A DNA stretch of 32,000 bases from Thermotoga neapolitana DSM 4359 (GTDB lineage Bacteria > Thermotogota > Thermotogae > Thermotogales > Thermotogaceae). The notes beneath the pieces are model-generated. The model was not told the origin of the DNA, searched no databases, and saw only the letters and a list, made by a program, of their open reading frames with translations. The stretch spans positions 496,729 through 528,728 of the forward strand of contig NC_011978.1 of the NCBI RefSeq assembly GCF_000018945.1. Direction: 5' to 3'. Numbering within the stretch: the first letter of the stretch is position 1; each line of letters starts with the position of its first letter. Position numbers and translations under genes: made by a program. This document shows, in pieces, positions 22,422 to 30,482 of this stretch.

Positions 22422-22639
22422 GCTTCTCCAGGATTCTCCCTCACATCGATGATTTCAAGGTCGACCATCTCTTTACAGCCTTCCAGAAGTTCTATCGCTT
22501 CTTTTGGAAAGGGGGTGATGATCCTCAAAATGCCGTCTTCGTACTTTCTGATGTTGAACATGTGCTCTTCAACTTCCAGAAGGTAGTTCAGAAGATGAAC
22601 ATCCTCTTTGGATACCCTCACGTATATATCGTACTCCAT
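22418..22639 (-). CDS. small conserved hypothetical protein (DUF4911-like)
   Basis: 73-aa ORF placed exactly between the rex stop (22640) and the HAD start (4-nt ATGA overlap). The sequence MEYDIYVRV...LNYLLEVEEHMFNIR... resembles my memory of DUF4911. The family name is unverified. Confidence 0.6.
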   Translation of the reverse strand: MEYDIYVRVSKEDVHLLNYLLEVEEHMFNIRKYEDGILRIITPFPKEAIELLEGCKEMVDLEIIDVRENPGEA

Positions 22640-23266
22640 TCATCTGCTCCTCCTTACAATCTCGAAGGTGAGTACCCTCAGAGCTGCCGTTATGTCTATG
22701 TTCTCAACGGGAACGGAGACTTTGATCTTGACAGGTGCAAAATTGAGAATACCCAGGATCCCGCATTTTTCCAGTCTTTCCGCCACACCCTGAGCGTGAT
22801 CAGCAGGGACTGCGATGACGCCTATTTCTGCTCCTTCTTCTCTGACAAACCTTTCCAGATCGCTCACGTCTTTCACGATCAAACCAGGTGCCACTTCTTT
22901 TCCAATCTTCGAGGGGTCGTTATCGAATATCCCGACTATCCTGAAACCTTTTTCACGCATAACGGCGTAGTTGGCTATTGCCCGTCCTATGTTTCCGGCT
23001 CCCACAACAACGAGTTTCCATTCTTTCTTGACTCCGAGTATTTCTCCTATTGCGTTGTAGAGATGTTCCACGTTGTATCCAACGCCACGTTTTCCAAACT
23101 CTCCAAAATAAGAAAGGTCTTTCCTGATCTGGCTTGCCTTGAGGTCAAGTCTTTTTGCAAGTTCTTCCGAGGAGACCACTTCGACCCCCTCATCGATCAG
23201 CCTTTCAAGACACATGTAATAACTGACCAGTCTTTTCGAAACGGGCTTTGGAATCTTCTCTGCCAT
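22640..23266 (-). CDS. rex: redox-sensing transcriptional repressor Rex
   Basis: 208 aa. It has an N-terminal winged-helix region (IPKPVSKRLVSYYMCLERL...SSEELAKRL...ASQIRKDLSYFGEFGKRGVGY) and a Rossmann NADH domain (VVVGAGNIGRAIANY). Confidence 0.92.
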   Translation of the reverse strand: MAEKIPKPVSKRLVSYYMCLERLIDEGVEVVSSEELAKRLDLKASQIRKDLSYFGEFGKRGVGYNVEHLYNAIGEILGVKKEWKLVVVGAGNIGRAIANYAVMREKGFRIVGIFDNDPSKIGKEVAPGLIVKDVSDLERFVREEGAEIGVIAVPADHAQGVAERLEKCGILGILNFAPVKIKVSVPVENIDITAALRVLTFEIVRRSR

Positions 23267-23275
23267 CCTATCACC

Positions 23276-25750
23276 TCATATCACGATATTTACTATTCTT
23301 CCCTTCACGTAGATGAACTTCTTCACGGTCTTTCCATCGATGTATTCTTTGACTCTTTCCCTCTCCATCACCATCTTCTTCAGTTCTTCCTCTGAGATGT
23401 CCACCGGAACAAGGATCTTGTCCCTCACTTTTCCGTTTATCTGAATGGCGATCTCCATTTCTTCGACCTCAAGGGCTTTTGGATCGTAGGATGGCCACGA
23501 TTGCTGAACAACAAGACCCTCCTGTCCCAGCTCGTGCCAGAACTCTTCCGCCAGATGTGGTGCGAACGGTGATAGAACCAGTGTGAGGTTCTCTGCGATC
23601 TCCCTCAAAAGCTTTCTGTTCCACTGATCTTCTGGTACACCGCTCAGGTACTGATTCAGATGGTTGATCAGTTCCATGAGACCACTGATGGCCGTGTTGA
23701 ACTTGAATCCGCCTTCGATATCTTCTGTTATCTTTTTGATGATGCTGTGCAGTTTTCTTCTGAGTTCCTTTTCAACGGGAGTTGTCAACGAAAGCCCTTC
23801 GACAGTTTCTTCCTTCACGTGCGGCAAAATTGTGTAGAATGTGTTCCAGAGCCTTCTGATGAATCTGTGCACTCCTTCGATACCTGCATCACTCCACTCG
23901 GCATCTTTTTCCGGAGGCGCCATGAAGAGTATGTACATTCTCAGGGTGTCTGCTCCGTACTTTTCTATCATGTCGTCGGGAGATACCACGTTCCCCTTCG
24001 ACTTCGACATCTTGGCGCCATCTTTGTATATCATTCCCTGAGTGAAAAGATTGGTGAAAGGTTCGTCGAAATTCAAATATCCAAGGTCGTGAAGTACTTT
24101 GGTTATGAACCTCGAGTACAACAGATGCAAAATGGCGTGCTCCACACCACCTATGTACTGGTCCACGGGGAGCCAGTAGTTCACATCATCCGGTTCGAAG
24201 GGCTTGTCATCCAGATGTGGATTCACATACCTGAGGAAGTACCAGGAGGAATCAACGAACGTGTCCATGGTGTCGGTTTCTCTCTGGGCCTCTCCGCCGC
24301 AGATCGGACATTTTGTCTTCTTGAAGCCTTCATGGAAAGAGAGGGGAGACTGTCCGGTTGGGAGAAACTCCACGTCTTTTGGAAGTCTGACCGGAAGATC
24401 TTCTTCCGGAACCGGAACGGTTCCGCACTTTTCGCAGTAGATGATGGGAATGGGAGCCCCCCAGTATCTCTGACGGGATATGAGCCAGTCTCTGAGCTTG
24501 TACTGAACCGACCGCTTACCGATTCCCTTCTCCTCGAGCCAGTTTATAACCTTTTCAATACCTTCCTTACTTGGAGTTCCTGTGAACGGTCCGGAATTGA
24601 CCATGATTCCTTCACCTTCGTATGCTTCTTCCATTTTATCCGGGTCGAGTTCTCCATCCACAGGTTTTATTACCACCTTTATGGGTATTCCGTATTTCCT
24701 GGCAAAGGCGAAGTCCCTCTGATCGTGAGCCGGCACCCCCATGATGGCACCCGTTCCGTACTCCATGAGTATGTAGTTTGCAACGTAGATGGGTACTCTC
24801 TCTCCGTTCACCGGATTCACCGCATACCTTCCCAGGAAGAATCCCTCTTTTTCCGCCTCCACGGACGTTCTCTTGAATCTGTCCTGCTGTTTTACACGTT
24901 CCAGAAACGCCTGAAGATCTTCTTTTCTGTCATCAGGCACCAGTTCCTCCACGAGTGGTGACTCCGGTGCCAGCGCCATGAAGGTGACACCCCAGAGCGT
25001 GTCGGGTCTTGTCGTGAAGACTCTTATTTTCGTGTCCGATCCCTCGACGGGGAACTCTATCTCTGCACCCGTGCTCTTTCCTATCCAGTTTCTCTGCATC
25101 GTCTTGACGTGTTCGGGCCAGCCAGTAAGCTTTTCCAGATCGTTCAGCAGTCTTTCCGCGTAATCGGTTATTTTGAAGAACCACTGTTCAAGGTGCTTTA
25201 TGGTCACACTCGTTCCACACCTTTCACATTTTCCGTCCTTCACCTGTTCGTTGGCAAGGACGGTCTTGCACTTTGGACACCAGTTGACGGCTGCCTTTTT
25301 CTTGTAAGCAAGTCCGTTCTTGTAGAGCTGGAGGAATATCCACTGAGTCCATTTGTAGTACTCCTCGTCACAAGTTGCAATTTCTCTGTTCCAGTCGTAG
25401 CTTATACCCAGTCTCTTCACCTGTTTTCTGATGATGGAAATGTTCTTCCTGGTCCACTCCTCAGGGTGTATTCCCTTCTCGATCGCCGCGTTCTCTGCGG
25501 GCAATCCGAAGGCATCGTAGCCAAACGGATGGAGAACGTTGTATCCTCTCATCCTCTTGTACCTGGCAACGATGTCTCCTATGACGTAGTTTTTCACATG
25601 TCCCACATGGAGTGTTCCGGAGGGATAGGGAAACATCACAAGGGCGTAGTATTTCGGTTTTTCAGAGCGCTGTGGAGTATGAAACACTCCCTTTTCTTCC
25701 CAAACTTTCTGCCATTTTTCTTCTATTTCCTGGGGCCTATACTCCTTCAT
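23276..25750 (-). CDS. leuS: leucine--tRNA ligase
   Basis: 824 aa from ATG 25750, with AGGAGGTG 6 nt upstream. It starts MKEYRPQEIEEKWQKVW. The HIGH motif is YPSGTLHVGH, the KMSKS motif is GAKMSKSKGN, and a zinc-binding CPKC...CERCG is present. The 188-codon upstream extension in the track is antisense to deoB and has no LeuRS similarity. Confidence 0.96.
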   Translation of the reverse strand: MKEYRPQEIEEKWQKVWEEKGVFHTPQRSEKPKYYALVMFPYPSGTLHVGHVKNYVIGDIVARYKRMRGYNVLHPFGYDAFGLPAENAAIEKGIHPEEWTRKNISIIRKQVKRLGISYDWNREIATCDEEYYKWTQWIFLQLYKNGLAYKKKAAVNWCPKCKTVLANEQVKDGKCERCGTSVTIKHLEQWFFKITDYAERLLNDLEKLTGWPEHVKTMQRNWIGKSTGAEIEFPVEGSDTKIRVFTTRPDTLWGVTFMALAPESPLVEELVPDDRKEDLQAFLERVKQQDRFKRTSVEAEKEGFFLGRYAVNPVNGERVPIYVANYILMEYGTGAIMGVPAHDQRDFAFARKYGIPIKVVIKPVDGELDPDKMEEAYEGEGIMVNSGPFTGTPSKEGIEKVINWLEEKGIGKRSVQYKLRDWLISRQRYWGAPIPIIYCEKCGTVPVPEEDLPVRLPKDVEFLPTGQSPLSFHEGFKKTKCPICGGEAQRETDTMDTFVDSSWYFLRYVNPHLDDKPFEPDDVNYWLPVDQYIGGVEHAILHLLYSRFITKVLHDLGYLNFDEPFTNLFTQGMIYKDGAKMSKSKGNVVSPDDMIEKYGADTLRMYILFMAPPEKDAEWSDAGIEGVHRFIRRLWNTFYTILPHVKEETVEGLSLTTPVEKELRRKLHSIIKKITEDIEGGFKFNTAISGLMELINHLNQYLSGVPEDQWNRKLLREIAENLTLVLSPFAPHLAEEFWHELGQEGLVVQQSWPSYDPKALEVEEMEIAIQINGKVRDKILVPVDISEEELKKMVMERERVKEYIDGKTVKKFIYVKGRIVNIVI

Positions 25751-25811
25751 AGACGCACCTCCTGATTTTTCTCTGCTCTCTACTAATAATATCAAATTCT
25801 TCCGTGCTTCG

Positions 25812-25820
25812 TGATAGAAT
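25812..25820 (+). promoter_or_regulatory. candidate extended -10 promoter for deoB-folC-ruvA
   Basis: TGaTAGAAT lies ~27 nt upstream of ATG 25847 and ~12 nt before the AAAAGGAGA RBS. The -35 is weak (ATCAAA). Confidence 0.35.
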
Positions 25821-25846
25821 CTTTCAGGAAAAAAGGAGATGAGAGT

Positions 25847-27028
25847 ATGCGAGTGGTTCTGATCGTTCTGGACAGTGTCGGAATCGGTGCGATGCCAGAC
25901 GCTCATCTGTACGGAGATGAGGGAAGTAACACACTCGTGAACACGGCAAGGGCAGTGGGAGGACTTCACCTGCCGAACATGGAAAGACTTGGACTTGGCA
26001 ATCTGGACAACATACCAGGAGTCAAACCCGTGAAACCGTCTGAGGGTGTTTACGGAAAGATGATGGAAAAGAGCCCCGGCAAAGATACAACTACAGGCCA
26101 CTGGGAGATTGCCGGTGTTATCCTGAAAAAACCGTTCGACCTCTTTCCGGAAGGATTTCCAAAGGAACTGATAGAAGAGTTCGAAAGAAGGACAGGAAGA
26201 AAAGTGATAGGAAACAAACCCGCATCGGGAACGGAAATAATAAAAGAGCTGGGACCGATACACGAAAAAACGGGAGCATTGATCGTCTATACCTCTGCTG
26301 ACAGTGTGTTCCAAATAGCCGCCAAGAAAGAAATCGTACCTCTAGAAGAACTCTACAGATACTGTCAAATAGCGAGAGAACTCCTGGACGAGATGGGATA
26401 CAAAGTGGCCAGGGTCATCGCAAGACCGTTCACTGGAGAGTGGCCCAACTACATCAGAACACCAGAGAGAAAGGATTTTTCACTGGAACCGGAGGGCAGA
26501 ACTCTTCTTGACGTCCTGACAGAGAACGGCATACCTGTCTATGGTGTGGGGAAGATAGCCGATATATTCGCTGGAAGAGGTGTCACTGAAAATTACAAAA
26601 CAAAGGACAACAACGATGGAATCGACAAAACGATCCTCCTCATGAAAGAAAAAAGACACAGGTGCCTGGTGTTCACGAACCTGGTGGACTTCGACACCAA
26701 ATACGGCCACAGAAACAACTATGTCGCCTACGCGAGAGCCCTCGAAGAATTTGATGAAAGACTTCCCGAGATCTTCCAGGCTATGGAAGAGGATGATGTG
26801 CTGTTCATAACAGCGGATCACGGATGTGATCCGACGACGCCTTCAACAGACCACTCCAGGGAGATGGTTCCCCTCCTTGGGTACGGCAGGAAATTGAAGA
26901 AAGATGTGTACATTGGAGTCAGAGAAACCTTCGCGGATCTTGGACAGACGATCGCCGACATGTTTGGTGTACCTCCTCTGGAAAATGGAACGTCCTTTAA
27001 AAATCTGATATGGGGTGAGAGTCGATAA
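25847..27028 (+). CDS. deoB: phosphopentomutase
   Basis: 393 aa from ATG 25847 with RBS AAGGAGA. It reads [19 protein letters not shown]...GSNT...KDTTTGHWE...LVDFD...GHRN...[10 protein letters not shown], the alkaline-phosphatase-superfamily metal and phosphothreonine motifs of DeoB. Confidence 0.93.
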   Translation: MRVVLIVLDSVGIGAMPDAHLYGDEGSNTLVNTARAVGGLHLPNMERLGLGNLDNIPGVKPVKPSEGVYGKMMEKSPGKDTTTGHWEIAGVILKKPFDLFPEGFPKELIEEFERRTGRKVIGNKPASGTEIIKELGPIHEKTGALIVYTSADSVFQIAAKKEIVPLEELYRYCQIARELLDEMGYKVARVIARPFTGEWPNYIRTPERKDFSLEPEGRTLLDVLTENGIPVYGVGKIADIFAGRGVTENYKTKDNNDGIDKTILLMKEKRHRCLVFTNLVDFDTKYGHRNNYVAYARALEEFDERLPEIFQAMEEDDVLFITADHGCDPTTPSTDHSREMVPLLGYGRKLKKDVYIGVRETFADLGQTIADMFGVPPLENGTSFKNLIWGESR

Positions 27029-28324
27029 ATGGGATACCTGGACATTTTGAGATATCTCTACCACAAGCGCCCTATGAGTAAGATAAAACCGGGTCTTGAG
27101 AGGATCTCTCTGCTTCTTTCCCTTCTTGGAAATCCCCACACGAAGTACCGGGTCATTCATGTTGGAGGAACAAATGGCAAAGGTTCCGTCACGAACATGA
27201 TCAGCAACGTTCTCATAGCACAGGGGTACAGGGTGGGTTCGTATTACTCACCACATCTCAGCACCTTCAGAGAGAGGATCAGGTTGAACGAAGAGTTCAT
27301 CTCCGAGGAAGATGTAGAAAGGATCTATCAGCAAATGGAACCCGTTTTGAAACGTCTGGATGAGAACGAAGTGTTTTCTCCCAGTTTCTTCGAGACGGTC
27401 ACGGCGATGGCCTTTCTCTATTTTGCAGAGAAAAATGTTGATGTGGCCGTTGTGGAGGTAGGGCTTGGAGGACGTCTGGACGCCACAAACGTCGTATCCC
27501 CACTCTGCTCGATCATCGTAACGGTGGATAGGGATCACGAGAAAGTGCTGGGTACAACCATCGAACAGATCGCCTGGGAAAAATCCGGGATAATAAAAAA
27601 CTCTGTTCCAGTTGTCACCGGAGAAGAAAAGACAGAAGCACTGAAAGTGATAGAAGAGGTGGCGAGAAAGAAAGGATCGAAAGTGTACGCTCTCAACAGA
27701 GATTTCGCCGTGGAGGTTGAATCGTTGAAACTCTTCGAAAACAGGTTCAGCTACCTGGGAGACAAAGTGTTGAAAGACCTTGTTTTGACGATGAACGGAC
27801 CTCATCAGTTGACAAACGCGGGGGTTGCTTTGAAAGCGCTGGAAGCGATCGATCTTTCGGTGAGCGAGTCGGCGATCCGGGAAGGCTTGAAAAAGGCGAA
27901 AAATCTTGGAAGATTCGAAGTGATTGAAAAGGACGGAAAAAGATTCATTCTGGATGGAGCTCACAATCCCCACGGTGCGAGGTCTCTTGTGAAATCGCTG
28001 AAACTGTATTTCAAAGAACCTTTGAATCTGATCATCGGTGTGCTGGACGACAAAGATCGAGCTGGCATTTTGAAGGAATACAGGAACGTTTTCGATAGAA
28101 TCGTCCTCACACGGGTTCCTTCCCCCAGAATGAAAGATTTCGATGGGTTTGTTGCACTTGCAAAGGAGATACTGGGAAACGTCGATGTCATAGAAGATCC
28201 CCTCGAAGCGCTGAAGATCGCCGAGGAAAAATCAGTAACTGTCGTCAGCGGGTCTCTCTTTCTTGTGGGTTACGTCAGAGAGTACCTCGAGACAGGAAAG
28301 ATCGGTGAGGAGTGGTACCTGTGA
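27029..28324 (+). CDS. folC: bifunctional folylpolyglutamate synthase / dihydrofolate synthase
   Basis: 431 aa. The ATG immediately follows the deoB TAA. It has the P-loop HVGGTNGKGS, the Mur-ligase-type blocks EVGLGGRLDATNV and LDGAHNPHGA, and an N-terminal KPGLERISLLL. Confidence 0.92.
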   Translation: MGYLDILRYLYHKRPMSKIKPGLERISLLLSLLGNPHTKYRVIHVGGTNGKGSVTNMISNVLIAQGYRVGSYYSPHLSTFRERIRLNEEFISEEDVERIYQQMEPVLKRLDENEVFSPSFFETVTAMAFLYFAEKNVDVAVVEVGLGGRLDATNVVSPLCSIIVTVDRDHEKVLGTTIEQIAWEKSGIIKNSVPVVTGEEKTEALKVIEEVARKKGSKVYALNRDFAVEVESLKLFENRFSYLGDKVLKDLVLTMNGPHQLTNAGVALKALEAIDLSVSESAIREGLKKAKNLGRFEVIEKDGKRFILDGAHNPHGARSLVKSLKLYFKEPLNLIIGVLDDKDRAGILKEYRNVFDRIVLTRVPSPRMKDFDGFVALAKEILGNVDVIEDPLEALKIAEEKSVTVVSGSLFLVGYVREYLETGKIGEEWYL

Positions 28325-28887
28325 TAGCTGGGATCTACGGAAAAGTGGTGGAAAAGAATGGAAACACCGTTTTTGTCTCAACAAACTCCGGCATAGTCTT
28401 CGAAATTGCATGCGATACACAGACATGCGAGGAACTCGAGGAGAATAGGGAGTGTTATCTGTACACGTTCCTGAGCGTCTCTCAGGATGGTGTTGCTCTC
28501 TACGGTTTTTCGGATAGGAAAAAGAAGGATCTTTTTCTTTCTCTGATGAAAGTCTCAAGGCTTGGTCCCAAGACAGCCCTGAAGATACTTTCGAGTGAGG
28601 ACGTGGACACCCTGATATCGATGATCAACTCCCAGGATGTTGAGGGACTTTCAAAGATTCCGGGAATCAGCAGAAAGACCGCCGAGCGAATCGTCATGGA
28701 ATTGAAGGGAAAGTTCGAAAGCACTGTATTAAAAGACCTGAAGACCTACCATGAATCCCTGGAGGCCCTGGTTTCTCTCGGCTATCCAGAAAAACAGGCA
28801 AGAAAGGCCATAAAGGAAGTACTCAAGGACGGCATGTCCACGTCCGAAGTTATCAAAGAAGCATTAAGGATTCTGAGCCGCAGATAA
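28321..28887 (+). CDS. ruvA: Holliday junction DNA helicase subunit RuvA
   Basis: 188 aa from GTG 28321, which overlaps the folC stop as GTGA; an in-frame alternative GTG lies at 28312. It starts (M)IAGIYGKVVEK..., has helix-hairpin-helix repeats (VSRLGPKTALKILS, KIPGISRKTAERIVMELK) and a C-terminal domain III (LVSLGYPEKQARKAI). Confidence 0.92.
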   Translation: MIAGIYGKVVEKNGNTVFVSTNSGIVFEIACDTQTCEELEENRECYLYTFLSVSQDGVALYGFSDRKKKDLFLSLMKVSRLGPKTALKILSSEDVDTLISMINSQDVEGLSKIPGISRKTAERIVMELKGKFESTVLKDLKTYHESLEALVSLGYPEKQARKAIKEVLKDGMSTSEVIKEALRILSRR

Positions 28888-29655
28888 TCTCCTTTCCAGT
28901 TTCAAAAGCAAAAACCCAAAAACGAGTGACGCAGAAAGGGTCAGAACAGATGGAAAAAGGTCCTCCAGAACGATCTCTTTCGGGAACACCCGGTAGAGAG
29001 ACGCCAGTATCATCCCCCCTATGAAACTGTAGGTCTCTTCCCTGAACCTTCTCAGGAGAAATCCCATGACCTTTATAGAAACGAAAATCCCGAGGACCAC
29101 ACCCGAACCAAAAACGAGCAATTTATCGATAAGAAGATGGGAAACCATGGAGAGAATGGAATCGTACACACCAAACATCAGAAGAATCAGAGAACCGCTG
29201 ATACCAGGCACTACCATCGCCGCTGCAGCCACAAAGCCTGCCACAGGAAGAACGAAAAGTCCTTCCCCGCCGCTTTCAGCACCACCTGAAAAAGAAAGCA
29301 GAAAGACACACAAAATACCGAAAATGAAAAAAATCAGATTCTTCAGAGAAAGAGAAAAAAACTCCTTTGCCTTCACAAAACTCACGATCACAAGACCAAC
29401 GAAGAAGAAGTGAGTCGGGACAGGATATCTGATCAGAGAGATCTCAAGGAGTCTGGCAAACCCGAACACTCCAGCAAGCAGCCCAAATCCAGCGGGAAGG
29501 AGAATCTTCAAAGATTTGAAATCTCTTGAAAACAGAGAATTTATCGCCTCTATCAACCTGTCGTATATACCCATCAGAACCGCAATGGTTCCCCCACTGA
29601 CTCCCGGTATGATGTTCGCTGCTCCCATGAGAACACCAGAAAAAAAGTACCACAC
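28864..29655 (-). CDS. DUF368 family membrane protein (putative polyprenyl-phosphate transporter type)
   Basis: 263 aa with GTG start and GGAGG 7 nt upstream. It is polytopic, with the duplicated signature GAANIIPGVSGGTIAVLMGIY and MVVPGISGSLILLMFGVY. Confidence 0.8.
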   Translation of the reverse strand: MWYFFSGVLMGAANIIPGVSGGTIAVLMGIYDRLIEAINSLFSRDFKSLKILLPAGFGLLAGVFGFARLLEISLIRYPVPTHFFFVGLVIVSFVKAKEFFSLSLKNLIFFIFGILCVFLLSFSGGAESGGEGLFVLPVAGFVAAAAMVVPGISGSLILLMFGVYDSILSMVSHLLIDKLLVFGSGVVLGIFVSIKVMGFLLRRFREETYSFIGGMILASLYRVFPKEIVLEDLFPSVLTLSASLVFGFLLLKLERRLSAAQNP

Positions 29656-29657
29656 CT

Positions 29658-30482
29658 TTATTCCTCCCTTAGTTTCTTTTTCAAGGCCAGAACGAGCTTT
29701 CTGGCATCTTCTTCGGTGTACTCTTCTTTGGCTTCAAGTTCTTTGAGAGTTTCCTCTACATCCAGATTCGCCTCTTCAGCCGTCAAATCGTCGGGTACTT
29801 CCTCGGATCTTTCGTAGATTTCTCTTGCTTTTTTCAAAGCCTCTTCCACATCGAGGCTTTCCTCTCCAGTATTTTCTTCCTGAATTCTTCCAAGAAGTTC
29901 TTCAAGAACGTCGAGCCTCTCGTCTGCCTCTTTTTTCTCTTCCAGAGCGGGAATTTCCTCTGGAATGGCTTCAGGTTCTTCGAGTGTTTTTCCTGCTTCT
30001 TTTGCAGTTTCCGGTGTTCTCGTGATACGCTTGATAAGCAACCTTTGCAGGAGAAAGACGGCCAGGAACGTTCCACCTGAAACAACTATCGAAAGCCATG
30101 TAGGAAAACCCTTCGATGTCTCGGTGGTTTTCGACTTCCCGGATGGTGCCTTCGATCTCACGTACTTTTCCCACTCTTCCTGTGGAACGTTGAGTCTGTT
30201 CAATATCTCTCTGGCTATCACGTTGTCTGGAAAGTTCGACAGATACGCCCTTGCCTTCTCGTAGTCACCTATCGCATAGGCACATATTCCCATTTTCAAC
30301 TTCACAAGAGGATCTCTTTCCTCGATCGTCGGATCTTTCTGGAGGGATTCTTCGAACAACCTCAACGCCCTTCTGTAGTCTCCTTCGAGATAAGCGTTCA
30401 GGGCGTTTGTGTAAAGATCGTTCGAGAAGATCGTCAGAGAAAGCAGTAGAAAAAAAAGGAGCATCAACCTTCTACACGCCAT
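29658..30482 (-). CDS. hypothetical bitopic protein: signal/anchor, TPR-like ectodomain, TM helix, highly acidic coiled-coil tail
   Basis: 274 aa. MACRRLMLLFFLLLSLTIFS is a signal-like N-terminus. It has two TPR-like repeats (ALNAYLEGDYRRALRLFEESL; GICAYAIGDYEKARAYL), a TM segment WLSIVVSGGTFLAVFLLQRLL, and ~110 residues rich in E/K/L. An alternative ATG at 30464 (TGATG overlap) would remove the charged n-region. Confidence 0.7.
   Translation of the reverse strand: MACRRLMLLFFLLLSLTIFSNDLYTNALNAYLEGDYRRALRLFEESLQKDPTIEERDPLVKLKMGICAYAIGDYEKARAYLSNFPDNVIAREILNRLNVPQEEWEKYVRSKAPSGKSKTTETSKGFPTWLSIVVSGGTFLAVFLLQRLLIKRITRTPETAKEAGKTLEEPEAIPEEIPALEEKKEADERLDVLEELLGRIQEENTGEESLDVEEALKKAREIYERSEEVPDDLTAEEANLDVEETLKELEAKEEYTEEDARKLVLALKKKLREE

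Noticed and set aside
14982-24961. Very long plus-strand ORFs antisense to real genes (14982..15782 266 aa; 16599..17717 372 aa; 20780..21529 249 aa; 22562..23395 277 aa; 23660..24961 433 aa)
   Set aside because: Each is fully antisense to a gene with strong family motifs. The sense strands are strongly purine-rich (GAA/AAG/GAG codons), so the antisense strands are pyrimidine-rich and naturally lack TAA/TAG/TGA. The products are Ser/Phe/Leu/Pro-rich with no motifs or RBS. I see no evidence for overlapping coding.
25751-25846. T-box leader or riboswitch upstream of leuS; SAH/SAM riboswitch upstream of ahcY; Rex operator in the leuS/deoB divergent region
   Set aside because: The leuS 5' region is only 96 nt and is shared with the deoB promoter, which is too short for a T-box. 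ahcY has no 5' intergenic space because it overlaps the HAD gene. No TTGTGAA-N4-TTCACAA-like palindrome is seen.
25751-26314. 188-codon N-terminal extension of the leuS ORF (track start 26314)
   Set aside because: The extension is antisense to deoB and has no LeuRS similarity. The canonical MKEYRPQEIEEKW start at 25750 has a perfect AGGAGGTG RBS.
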